Of a stretch of 64,000 nt of DNA, positions 51,601 to 63,486 are shown in pieces. This stretch comes from Squalus acanthias (Eukaryota). The notes under the pieces are model-generated. The model made no database searches, was not told where the DNA came from, and saw only the letters and a list, made by a program, of their open reading frames with translations. The stretch's first letter is position 1. Every line of letters starts with the position of its first letter. A program made the translations under genes and the position numbers. The stretch is taken from NCBI GenBank assembly GCA_030390025.1, contig CM059432.1, positions 97,776,001 to 97,840,000 of the forward strand, in the 5' to 3' direction.

Positions 51601-53205
51601 TGATAGAGAACAGGCCAACACAATAGAACTATACGAATAAGCCAGCAAACCTATCAATTCTATTTATTCTGGTTCATTTTAAACTCAGAATGTACTTACA
51701 AAAATAAATGCTTAACAAGGTTACCCAGAGTAACAGGAACAAAAGTTAAATACTACCAGAAAAAATGAGATACAGGTCTGCTGTATAAAATGATGAAACA
51801 AGGTCCCCAATTTTCGGCTCTCTGTTGCTCCGATTTTCAGCATGAACAGGTCAGTAAAATAGCAGATGAAAATAGCAAAAATAAACTTCCCACCAACTTC
51901 CTGACTGAGGTGGGCCTTGAATTAGGTGACAGCGCTCCACCAGAAAAAGGCAGGAGCTTGACTACTGCATGTAAATCAGGGTCCTGTAGTGTCATTGGGA
52001 CCCCAATGCCATTTTGGTCATCATCAGCATGGCACCCATTCAGGGGTAGGCGGCATGGAGTGGGATATGGTCAGGACCAGCACAGGTCAAAGGAATTGAT
52101 GGAAGCAGGTCTGACAATTTTATTAATTGATGGTTTTGCAAGATTTATGCCTTCACGGTCAACTTAATTGTTCCCTTTGTATCACCTTCAACGTCCTCAA
52201 CTCCTTTATTGATGCCTTCTATCTCTCCCCAATCAGCCCAACCCTCCCTTTTAATGTGCTGCTGCAGGCCCTTGCTCCGTGGCTGTTCTGCTGGATTTCC
52301 CACCCTCACAATACAGTGAGCTGCCAGTCAGCACCTGAAATGCATGGGCAGCTCACCAATTCGATGTAAATGAGGCCCTAGTGTCAAAATGGTTCGGGCA
52401 TCTCACCAATAACATCAGGCAGGCGTTGCTATCGCTCCGCCCAATGTCTGCTGAAGAGCAAAACCATAGGCACTATGTCTCACAGTCCCTCAGGTGAAAC
52501 TTATGTTAGTGAGGACTAGTGGATGCATATTTAACAAAATCAAGATATGTCAAGAATAAACCTTATAGTTATTTTCAATGATTTTATAATAATAGTTTCC
52601 TAGTTTATATTGCAGTAAAGTAGTATTTGCAATGCAGTAAGAGCTTTAAAAAATGTAAGTGCAGTGAGTTGCCATGACCTGTGTCTCTTTCTGGGTAAAA
52701 TAAGGGTAGTTAGGACAGAACAGGCTAAAAATTCAGTTGTGTAGCGCCCGTTGCTTGGGCACTACAGGTGTCAAATTGGGCCCAAAATGGCGTCCAAGCA
52801 ACATGCGCACACTTCTGGTGCGGGCCATGCCAGAGGCCATATTAGTGAGGGCAGTAGGGTGGCCGTTAGGAGCGTGCGCTGGAAGTATGGTAAGTAGACA
52901 GATTGTGATGTCAATCAGCGTGCAACACTGATTTGATGCCAGCGCTGCCATGTTCATCATCATTGCTGGAGCTAACACCCTCTCTTAACCTCGCACAGCA
53001 GCAGGAAGGACCCACCAACAGCATTATTTAAAGGGATCATCACCAACTTTCAGGTAATTTGCTTTTTGATTTCTATTGGCTCTGTGTACATTTGTGGAAG
53101 TGTTTGGAGCTTTCTAGAGTTGTTTAAAGTTGGGGAGGTGACAGGGAATGGTGCTACAAGTGGAGAAGGTCTTGCTTCTGACTTCAAGGGTTCTGGTCAG
53201 ACCAC

Positions 53206-54092
53206 TTGCTCCCAGTCATGGGTGCTCTAGTTGCCATCCCCCTTGGCCTGCAGCATGACAGGGAAATGGAGCAGAGGCAGCAAAGAAGAGGAAAAGCAGC
53301 TCACAGAGGGAGGAGGAGGAGGGGGAAAAGGGCTCTCAGCAGGAGGCCTTACCCACCTACTGTCTTCCAAGAGCAATTCTCTTACCTCAGCCTGAACCAG
53401 GAGCAGTGTGTGAGGCGTCTGTGCTTCACAAAGGAGGTGCTCACAGAACTCTGCCACCCGCTGCAACCAGACCTGCAGCCTCACTCCAGGGCAAGGGCAG
53501 CGCTGCCAGTGGCTGTGAAGGTGACCGTGGCCCCGAATTTCTTTGCATCGGGATTCTTCAAGGCTGGAGCAGTCAACATCAGTAACATCTCGCAGATTGT
53601 CATCCACTGCTGCATAAGAGAGGTGAGAGAAGTTCTTTATGCCAGGAGAGGGGAGTTCATTGTCTTCTCTCCGGCCAGAAAGAAGCAGGCAGAGCCTGCA
53701 CGTGGCTTTGTCAGGATAGTTGCCTTCCCCAGAGTGCAGGACACTATCGACAGCACACACGTGGCCTTGCAGGCAGCGCTTCTAAATGCTGAGATGTACT
53801 GCAACTGCAAAGGTTTCCACTTGGTAAATGTGCAGTTGGTGTGCGACCATGCTCAGCACATCATGATGGTGAATGCCTAGTATCCTGGCAGCAGTCATGA
53901 TGCTTTTATTCTGCACCAGTCCGCTGTTCCCTCAGTCTTTGAGCCACCACGACAAACCAGAGGATAGCTCCTGGGCAACAAGGGCTATCCCATGACCACC
54001 TGGTTCATGATTCTGTTCCTTAACCCAACCACACGTGGCCAGCATACGTACAACGAGAGCCATACTGCCTCACGAAACATCATAGAGCAGAC
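53206..54092 (+). pseudogene. Harbinger transposase, 3'-truncated with stops
   Basis: RRPYPP, TIDSTHV, VNVQLVCDH, stop at 53878..53880, then YPGSSHDAFIL and LLGNKGYP. Confidence 0.88.
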
Positions 54093-54192
54093 ATAAAAAC
54101 AGAAAATGCTGGAAATACTCAGCAGGTCAGGCAGCATCTGTGGAGAGAGAAACAGAATTAACGTTTCAGGTCGATGACCTTTCGTCAGAACT
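54093..54192 (-). mobile_element. Penelope-like terminal fragment
   Basis: Same family as 44967..45048 and 34409..34510. Confidence 0.8.
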
Positions 54193-54196
54193 CTGT
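54152..54196 (-). ncRNA. Minimal type I hammerhead ribozyme motif
   Basis: Minus strand: ACAGAGUU-CUGACGA-A-AGGUC-AUC-GACCU-GAAAC-GUU-AAUUCUGU (stem I, core, stem II, palindromic AACGUU helix III). Confidence 0.7.
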
Positions 54197-55884
54197 CTGG
54201 GCTGATAGGCAACAGCAAGAGCACTGTTGGAGTGGCAGTGGTGGGAGTACAAATGCTGTCATCCTGAGAGAGGACAGCAGGGTCATCCTCCACCGATCCA
54301 TTGCCACTGTTCTAGGGCGGCACCTCAGCAATCCTAGTAATCTACCGGAGTACAGACTGCTGGACTGCTGTGACACCCAGCAAGTCCCCTTCAACACTGT
54401 TAAACCCAGCCATGATGACATCAGTCTGAATTTGCGTGGCAGAAAGCTGAGCTTGCATGACTTCAGTCTGAGCTTCCATTGGAGCACTCCGACATTGAGT
54501 GGCTTCTGCTTGTGCTGCAATGTCTGAGACTTTGGCCATCAGACGCAGCATGATGGTTGGCTTCACAAGTGCGTTAATGGATCTGCCCAGCCCTTCCAGG
54601 CTGGAAAGGATGGGCTCCTAGCTCTACACAAAGCCCTGTGCAAGGTTGAAGCTGGACTCCTCCATGCTCCTTGACATTGCATTCAGGCTTTCTGGCAGGC
54701 CTGCCAATGCACCAAGAATTTTATTGTGTATACCCATCAGAGTTCTTCTGTAAGCCGCCCCCATCGAAGTCTTCATCTGAGTCCTGTGCAGCAGAACTCA
54801 TGTGCGCCCTCGCCCTCCGGAGAGCTGGCACCTGCACTACCATTTCCCCCTGCCCTGGCTGCAGCCCACTCGTGCCCAGTGTCTCATCACGTGCAGATCC
54901 CACGTCTAACCTATCCTCTAATGTATGCGAAGTGTCAGTGGCTGAACTGGTGGCTGGCAATGTGAAATCGAGTGACCATGTTTCTTCTTCTTCTTCACTC
55001 TCCTCTCCCTCTTCTTGTTGAAGCTCTCGCTGGCAGGCTGTATTTCTTGGGTGCCTGAAATGAGAAAGGCACAAGGGTAGGGTTGTGGTGAGGGGACGGG
55101 GGGAAAGCAGGAGGTGTATGCCTCCACCATGTACAGCTTTTAAATCAGCTGGGATTGTGGGATGAGGGGGAAGTGGGATGTGGGAAGGAGGATAATGTAT
55201 GAGGATACCGGCATCTTGTGTTCTTTCAGCCCGGCCGATGGCCACAGGCTCAGCCATGCCCCTGCCGAGAATGGCCAGCACCGTCTCCTCCAAGGGGTTA
55301 AGGTCATGCATATGAGTCTGTCGCCCGCCGGTTAAGTTCTGCTGGCGTCTGTTATGCGCCACCTTTTCCTGCAAGAGAAAGGGAAGTGTGTCATTGAGTG
55401 TGGTATAATGTGTTTGGGTGATGTGGCTGTCATGATTGAATAGCTGACAATGTGTTCAAGCTGTGAGATGTGGGTGTGAGGCTTGCAACAGTGGTAAGTG
55501 TGTGTGGGTGATTTGAAGTCATTAATGTGAGGTGAGTCATGTTTGGTAGAGATTGTTGGTAGGTGAGTGATGGGGGTGTGGTGCATTGAGCAGTGTGTGA
55601 GGCAGTTAGTGGGATATAGAATTTGAAGTTAATTTCACTGACCTTGACCACTCGTGTGATGTCATGAAACTTCTTCCTGCACTGAGTCCTGGTCCTCGGG
55701 CTGCACTGCTGGCATTTACCACAGTGGCGATCTGCTCCCACTGAACTCTAATCTGTTGCCTGGAGGGCTTCCTGGCCCCCTGTGGAAAGAGGACCTCTCT
55801 CCTGGAGTTGACCTCCTGGACCAAGGCCTCCAGTGCTGCATCAGAGAACCTAGGTGTATGCTCTCTCCCCTGTTGTGCCATCAT
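54193..55884 (-). pseudogene. Harbinger Myb/SANT-like accessory gene, three exons
   Basis: Exon 1 55884..55643 PRFSDAALEALVQEV...WEQIATVVNA...RTRTQCRKKFHDITRVVK then gtcagt (one frameshift). Exon 2 55368..55209. Exon 3 starts at 55054. Boundaries are GT-AG. Confidence 0.82.
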
Positions 55885-56335
55885 TATAACTTTGTTGTCC
55901 ATTGTCTTCCCAGCCACTTCAATCACCTGTTGCAGGCAGAGGCACCTCCCCTTCAAGAGGTGCAGACTGCCTTTAAGTAGTACAGACTATCTTTTATTAA
56001 GTCTAGCCTCGATCAAACTTTGGCCCCCTGCTGAGTGTTCAACCACTCAGCAGCATGTTCAGCGCTGGGCTGAACGCTACAATCATGCTACAATCAGCAG
56101 ACAGCACAAAGTTTGCTTGCTGCCTGCAGTCCTCCGAATGGGCATGGGTTGATAGCGCATCGCGATCCCAGCGCCCGTTTTCGGGCCTTATCCAATTTCT
56201 AGGCCAACGTGTCTACGCATGTTCAAAGTAACTTCTCAAAATACTGTTGATTTCACCATATTACTTCTTCATAAATTACAATAGCTGCTTCAGGGAGCAG
56301 AATAGATTAGTTACTATGTGCGGCAAAAACATATA

Positions 56336-57229
56336 GGGGTAGAAATTAGGTCGCGCCCCATTTGGGGCGCAAATATCGTCCGGACGCAAATATTAGCGCC
56401 TGGCGCTAATTATCGGCACTGACGGGAAACTTCACTTTTACCGCCCCGGGAGGTGAGTGGAGCGCTAAAGCAGGCGCTGCACACCTCTCTTAAGGCGCAA
56501 AGGCCGAGCAGTGAGGCGCTAACTCGGAGCGCTGGCGAAGCTCATGTAATGTCAGTCAGCAATGGAACACACACACAATGGCACGGGCCAGTTCTTAAAG
56601 GGGATGGTTAATCTTGCTTTCCATCCACATCCTGTTCATTGCTGCCTTGAATCTCGGCCTGGAGAGACTTGCACATCAAATGTGCTGGAAAGAACAATGG
56701 AGAGCACCAGGCAAAGAGCTCAGAGTGCAGCTCCCACGGTCTCTGCTAAATCGATACAAGGAATGGCAAATCAAAATGAACCTGCAAAGTGCTGCTCAGT
56801 ACCCAAAACTCCTTCACACAACGTTGAATCTCTCCAGAAGTCTCTCCCTCTCTCTCTCAGAATGCGTAGTTCAAAAATGCCACCAACAATAAAAGACAGG
56901 AAGAGGCCCCCTTTAAATAGCGCCCCCCCCCAGCCCCACAGCGATTGACAGCGTTCCAGTCTTCTGGTCGTTGGAAGCGCCAGGCGGTAAGGCAGGGGGC
57001 GCCACTCAATTTCCGCTACGGGGCGCCCCAAGGGCGTTGCACCATGGAATGACGTCACAATCTGCGCGCGCAGGTGGTCGCAGCGGTAAGTTTTAGCGCC
57101 GCCGCACAATCTCAAGTTAAGTTCTCGAGCGGCGCAAACATCGCTGCGCCCGGGCGTTAGCGGCTTTGCGCCCCATTAGCGCCCTCTTAAGGCGCTAACG
57201 GGTGGCGCAACCAAGTGAATTTTTACCCC
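56336..57229. mobile_element. Young Harbinger-type non-autonomous element
   Basis: TIR ggggtagaaatt / aatttttacccc, TSD ATA/ATA, many retained CpG and GGCGC motifs. Confidence 0.85.
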
Positions 57230-57882
57230 ATAGGCTTTTAGCTTCATTCTACCTGTAATATGATTAATCACTGGCCTGTCTAATTCGACAGTAGAAGCTT
57301 TAGATTCTCTTAAAAGTTAGCAAGCATAACTGAAAATGACTTGTCATTTATTATATCTAACCCAATCATGTGTATATTATTTTTTTTCTAGTAATCCAGA
57401 GACTCTACTGGTCTGCTTTGAAATTAATCTGAAGTAGAATAAACTTTTCTTGCATATAAAATATGAAAGAAAGAGCATGAAAAATAGAATGACATATGAA
57501 TGGAGATGTAGGTGGCTAACTAGCATGCTTTAACTTCCTACTTGTGATCAAATAGGGATAAATTAATGGAACCAGGACTACACTCAAGCTTTCCTGCTGT
57601 CATTTCTATGTTGCATCTGTGGATTTATTTTGAGCTGTGACTTCATTTTCACTCAGTGCATTCATATCATTTTTAACACTGAGCATGCTGTGATGTGTAA
57701 TAATACGGCAATATTATCCTTTCAAGTGAACTGCCAATTGAATATCTGAGTAAATGCTTGACTGAAGCTCAGATTTTCTGAATTACAAAGTTTGGTTTCT
57801 TCTGAAACTTAGTCACTTACATAATACGGTGTTAATTGAGGCTACTTCTCCATATTAACATGTTAATGTACCACAGGCCCTA

Positions 57883-57946
57883 TTTTCTGATGAAAGGCAA
57901 TCGACCTGAAACATTAACCCTACCTTCCTCTCTCCACAGATGCTGC
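57883..57946 (+). mobile_element. Penelope-like remnant with degenerate hammerhead
   Basis: ctgatgaaaggcaatcgacctgaaacattaac...ctctccacagatgctgc. Confidence 0.65.
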
Positions 57947-60900
57947 TTAACGGTCACCTGGACAGCCACTGACACATGCTGTCCTTGCGGTAGTCATTTT
58001 CCTGTAGCAGACATGATAGCTGTATAACAGCTTCCCTGCTAAAACTGATCCTCTGGACACAGTGGTCTTCAGTTATCAACAGGTAGCTGTGCCTGGGTCT
58101 GTAGGCGTTGTAGGTGGGCTAGTGGCAGGTACCAACAGTATGTCTGTGCTGCTTTCTGAGATGTCTGGCACCCTTCTATCCTCCTACTCATTTTGTTTCA
58201 TTAAACCACATGATAAGTAAGCATTGAAGGCATTCCCATTTGTACTGAAATTTCTGTCTGCACAAACTGTGTGAAACTGCTGCAGTTCTCTTCTGATTCC
58301 CGACGTGAGGGAAACTGGCTCCGCTGGAACATGTTTCTACTTTTCATGTGCAGAATTAGCACTGCATGTGCATTAGAAGAACATTGAAATTTCACGGGCT
58401 TCCCCTTTAACAACCAATAATCCAATAATTAACATGTGCAGCAAGAGTAAAGCATGGGGTAAGTACTGTAGCGTGCTGCTAGATCAGAATTGCTGCAGCA
58501 ATAGTCTGACAGGAGCACTGAAGCCAGCAATCACCAACAGGAATGTCTAGGCTAATATGACCACGGTATACGCATGCAGTTATGATGGTGTCATTTCAAT
58601 TAAACCCAACTGAGCAAGTTAATCTTGCACACCTAAATGAATAGTCAAATGGATAAGCCAATTTGAAAGATCCAGACAGGTGTCAGAGTTGATAAAGAAA
58701 GTAGATGAAAACCAAATAAATATACTGATGTACTTTAGGAGAGATGAAGCACAGGAACATCACGAGCTCCTTTGATCTAACTGATGAGGATAAAAAGAAA
58801 TAAAGAAAGCAATTTCTGAAATTATTTCAAGTCTGGGGGAAAAGAGAAGGCATGTGCAGAATAAAGCCTAAATCAGATAGTTCAGTTTGTGCTCTCACAA
58901 TCATCCAACATAATTGTAACTGCAAAAGGTACATTATTTTTGAATTCATGTTCCTGGTTTCACCCACTGGGAGTGCATATGAAGGATTTAGCCTTGCACT
59001 GCTCATGATCTTCCATCTATTAATTTTAGTGGATTCTTGATATATGCTCCCAGTGGATGAAGCTGTGCGCTGGAAGCACAAATTCATAAACCTACTCCTC
59101 TGATGTCTAAGGTAAAGAATGCATGGGGCCCACATGGAATAGGTGGACATAACAGGAGGGTAGAGGACTTGACAGGATAGTGTGTGGAATGGTGATGGCA
59201 CATCCCCCATTTATGGTGGGACTTCAGCTGCCGCCATCTTGGGTAGGGTCCTAATATGGGTGACCGGAGCATTCATCTGTTTCAGGCGGACACTTGCAGC
59301 ATACAAATCAGAGTCCTATGATGTGCAGAGGCCCCAAATTGTAATTTTGAGGTAAGAATGGGTGGAGCATGAATCACGCACACTTCATTCATTTGTATCA
59401 GGCCTTGAGCAGCCTAACCAGTGGTCCTTAAAGGGACTGCTGGAGGCTGCTCAGAAAACAATACAGGAAATGTTTTTATTTATTATTTTGATGGGGCCAG
59501 GAGGGACACTCCTGCTCCTCCTCGGCCCCCCCAAAAAACTCTGACGCACTGGCGGCCATGTGTGAAGCCTTCCTGTCAAGATCACCTCCCATCCCAGACT
59601 CCAACTATCGGCCGGCTCAGCGTGGGAGCCAGCCGATTCTCCACCTGCCTGCAACTGGCATGCTGCAACAGGGTGCCTGCCTGGCAGTGACAGCTCGCTG
59701 GCTGTATGAGGCCCAGGCCTTAAATTGGCTTGGGCCTCATGCCTCGGTCTGCTACCCGCCTGTTGTATGCCTGAAGTTAAAATTACCCCTAATACATTTG
59801 AGGGTTCAGATTGCATAGCAAAGTAATAACTGAGCTAAGATAAGGCAGGACATGTATGGAGGGGTCCTCAGTGACTCCAACTACTATGCCTGTGGCAACT
59901 AACTGACAGCAAACATCACTTTCCAGACCATGGATTCATCCTGGCAGTAGGAAGCAAATTCACTGGCATAAGCCAGGGCTCCCTGTCCAAGTACATTTAG
60001 TTGTGTTTCTGTGCCAGAAGGAACACAAGTTCCTCCTTTAAGACATTGGGCTTGATTTTCCTCCATGATACCACCCAAAATCAGATGTGATACCGTCAGA
60101 AAACAGGGGCAAAATCGGCAGTGAGGTCGCCCGTCACCTTCCACCCAGATCTTAAATTCCCTCCACCCATCTCTGCCAGGACTGCCACTTGCTACCCTTT
60201 CCCCACTACTGACACACGTAGCAGGGTTCGATTCCCAGTGGATTTTCCTGCCATGCACCCTGTTCTCACCACTCCTCAGGACTGCCAAGAGAAGCCTGGC
60301 GGAGGTCTCTGGGGTAGCAGCGGGAAAGCTCCAATGTGTCAGGATGGAAGGAGAGCGTCTAGTAGTGGCCTCTTCTCCCTCAAAGAGGTCCTCTTTTGTA
60401 GGCCTCGGTTGAATGAGAAACACACTGATTAAAATTTTGATGCAAGGTTAAAATGAGCTTTGAAGTTGGGATGCCATCACAATTAAATCTGTCACAAAGG
60501 AGGAACTTGAAAGAAATGTGTTGCTTCAGTGACATTGCTGTGATCTGTGTCCTTTCTGACTAATTGGCACAGAGACATAACTGCGGCTAAGTTTTCTACC
60601 CCCCATTTCAAGCTAGCGACCACTGCTATTGACGCTAAACCTGGCAGAGGAAATTCAGAACTGAGTTGGCAACTGCAACTGCCAATGAAAGTTAGAGTGC
60701 TTTGTCAGTGCCAAATTGGGGCTAAAGTCTTTAGCTGGGTTTTTAGTTGGTACCAAATTTGTAACGACCAATTAAGTCCAATTTTCAGCAGAATCAATTC
60801 CATCAGCACTGTCTTCCGCTGATCCTACTAAACTACTCCAGCCGTTGCCTGTTTTTACTTTGAAATGAAGTTAAAATAATGTCAACGCTGTAAGTGCTAC

Positions 60901-61059
60901 AAAGTCAACATGATGAGCCATGCCAAAACAAGGTTTCTGATTAAGCAGAAGCAAAGGGGATCATTTTTAACCTAACCCGCTCATTGGGAAACTGCCAAGA
61001 TTGGGTGCAACTCTGATTTTCAACTCACCCAATTTTACTCTCCATTGAAGTTAGCCATG

Positions 61060-61343
61060 ACAGCTGTGTCTCAGGGGGTAGCATCTCGCCTGAGTCAGAA
61101 GGTTTTGTGTTCAAGTTCCACTCCAGAGATTTAAGCACAAAATCCAGGCTGACACTTCAGTGCTGTACTGAGGGAGTGCTGCACTGTCAGCAGTGCCGTC
61201 TTTCAGATGAGACATTAAACCAAGGCCCCGTCTGCCCTCCCAGGTTGACATAAAAGGTCCCATGGCACTATTTAGAAGAAGAATAGGAGGAGTTCTCCCC
61301 GGTGTTCTGGCCAATATTTATCACTCAACCAACACCAAAAACA
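61060..61343 (+). mobile_element. SacSINE1-like SINE, 5' two-thirds, cut by a Harbinger insertion
   Basis: gagtcagaaggttttgtgttcaagttcc head plus Deu-like body. Confidence 0.8.
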
Positions 61344-61631
61344 GTGGGGGTGAAATTGGATTGGGCCCGAAAACGGGCGCAGGGATCACGATGTCTGATC
61401 TGCCTGTGCCTGTTGAAAGTAGTGCAGGCAGCACACAAAGTTCATGCTGCCTGTACATTAGCATGATTGTAGCACTGAGCCCGCACTAAATCAGCTGCTG
61501 GTTGGCTCAGTGCTCAACAGGGGGATCAATATTGGGTGCAGTCTGGTGTCCAATTAAAGTTTGCCTGCAGAGTGAAAGGAACTCTGCACTTCTTAAAGGG
61601 GAGGTGCTTTCTTACAGAAGTACTTCATTGT

Positions 61632-61978
61632 CAGAAACAGAGTTACTGTTTCAGGTCGATGACCCTTCGTCAGAACTAGAAAAAGTTGGAGATGGAACAG
61701 GTTTTTAAGCAAGTGTATGGGCAGGGAAAGGGGGAAGGGGAGGAAAGAACAAAAGGTAAGGTCTGTGATAGGGTGGAAGGCAGGAGAGATTAAGAGTCAA
61801 AAGGGATGATGGTGCAAGGCAAAAGGAGATGGTAATGGGACAAGTTAAGAAACAAAAGATAACTCTAGATGAAGTGTAAATGGTAATGGCAGAATGATCA
61901 ACAGCTGACCTGCTGAGTACTTCCAGCATTTCTGTTTTTATTTCAGAATTCCAGCATCCGCAGTATTTTGCTTTTGTA
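61632..61978 (-). mobile_element. Penelope-like fragment with inverted 3' piece and hammerhead-like motif at 61641..61677
   Basis: Minus strand agttctgacgaagggtcatcgacctgaaacagtaact. 61903..61978 is the element terminus in the opposite orientation. Confidence 0.75.
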
Positions 61979-62343
61979 CCTCATTGTCAGTGTAGTTTCA
62001 GCAATGACACAGGGGAGAGAAAGGGTACCTCACTTCTCTGATGCGGCACTGGAGGCCTTGGTCCAGGGGATGTATAGAAGGAGTCACGTCCTCTACCCGC
62101 AGGGGGGCAGGAGGCCTTCCAGACAACATCAGAAGGCAGTGGCAGTGTCATCAATGTTGGCCCCAGGACCTGGATCCAGTGCTGCAAGAAGTTTAATGAC
62201 CTCACACGAGTGGTCAAGATGAGTAAAAGTATCTTCAAATGCCATACACACTGCTCAATACACCACACCCCCATCACTCACCTACCAACAATCTCTAGCA
62301 ATCACGACTCATACCTCACAATCATAACCTTTTCCAGCCTCTC

Positions 62344-62997
62344 TGAAATTCCCATTTTTTGCTCCAAGAGGGAAGTGGAGCACTAAATCAAGCGCTCCAC
62401 TTCCTTCTTGGAGCGCAAGAGGGGGGGAAGTTCATGACCCGGGGCGCACCCACGGCGATGTGCTCAGCAGCGCCACGAGTGGCCAAGTGTGGCGCTGCCG
62501 CCTTGCAGGGGCTCTTCCCTGAATTAAAGGGAAGGGCCCCACGCTGCGAACTCTGCAGTATTTTTTAAACTTACCTGGATTACTGGGGAGTGGGGGCACT
62601 GAAACAGAGTGCCATGCTGACCGATCGCGGCAAGGACCACACGTCCGGAGGCACAAAAAAAACGTTTTTTAAAAATCCAACTTTTTTTCATGGCGGCCGG
62701 CCACCTCACCTTTAACTTCTGCCCCGCTAGCGGCCGGCCGCCCTGCTCACGTCCCCTGCAGAAGTCGCTGCTATCGCCCGGCGCTGCTGCAGGGGGCGAA
62801 GGGGAATTTTTGTGCCAGGGCAATGTGTCGGGCGATGACCTCATGATCTCCGGGCGCATGAGATTGGGGCACAACCCAATAGCGCCGGCGCTAACCTCCC
62901 GCGGAATTTGGCGGTCAGCGCCACGCCCGGGCGAAAAGGCTTTTGCACCTCATTAGCGCCCCCCACGGGAGGTGCAAAGGAGGGGAATTTCTCCCCC
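62344..62997. mobile_element. CpG-rich Harbinger-type MITE, left TIR clipped
   Basis: gaaattccc ... gggaatttctcccc followed by ata. Confidence 0.65.
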
Positions 62998-63157
62998 ATA
63001 GTCTCAGGATAAGGGGTCGGCCTTTTAAGACTGAGATGAGGAGGAATTTCTTCACTCAGAGGGTTGTGAATCTTTGGAGTTCTCTGCAACTAAAGAGCTG
63101 TGGATGCTGAGTCGTTGATTATATTCAAGGCTGAGATAGATAGATGTTTGGACTCTG

Positions 63158-63486
63158 GAGACTTGAGCACACAAATCTAATTTGATACTCCAGTGCAGTA
63201 CTGAGGGAGTGCTGCACTGTCAGAGGTGCCGTCTTCGGATGAGACTTTAAACCAAGGCCCCGCCTACTCTCTCAAGTGGATGTAAAAGATCCCATGGCAT
63301 TATTTTGAAGAAGAGCGGGGGAGTTATCCCCGGTGTCCTGGCCAATATTTATCCCTCAATCAACATCTGGTCATTATCACATTGCTGTTTGTGGGAGCTT
63401 GCTGTGTGCAAATTGGCTGCCATGTTTCCTACATTACAACAGTGACTACACTTCAAAAACACCTTCATTGGCTGTAAAACGCCTTG
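63158..63486 (+). mobile_element. SacSINE1-like SINE body inside a CR1 3' fragment (62998..63157 and 63487..63541)
   Basis: cagtgcagtactgagggagtgctgcactg, flanked by CR1 3' sequence ending ttcttatgttcttatg. Confidence 0.8.

Larger units (their letters stand above)
52722..56205 (+). mobile_element. PIF/Harbinger transposon with both TIRs and TSD, centrally deleted
   Basis: TIR aggctaaaaatt / aatttctaggcc, TSD AAC/AAC, transposase on + and Myb gene on -. Confidence 0.9.

Noticed and set aside
53960..54000. Shared D-to-N catalytic change in two transposase copies as a functional variant
   Set aside because: Codon contexts differ (GGC AAC versus GGA AAC), one fits CpG decay, and the copy at 4381..4593 keeps D. 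Independent decay is the simpler explanation.
56562..57115. ORFs inside the 56336..57229 element as cargo genes
   Set aside because: No recognisable domain; short ORFs are expected in GC-rich MITE sequence.
58778..58805. Additional hammerhead (ctgatgag...gaaa)
   Set aside because: No stem II or stem I pairing.
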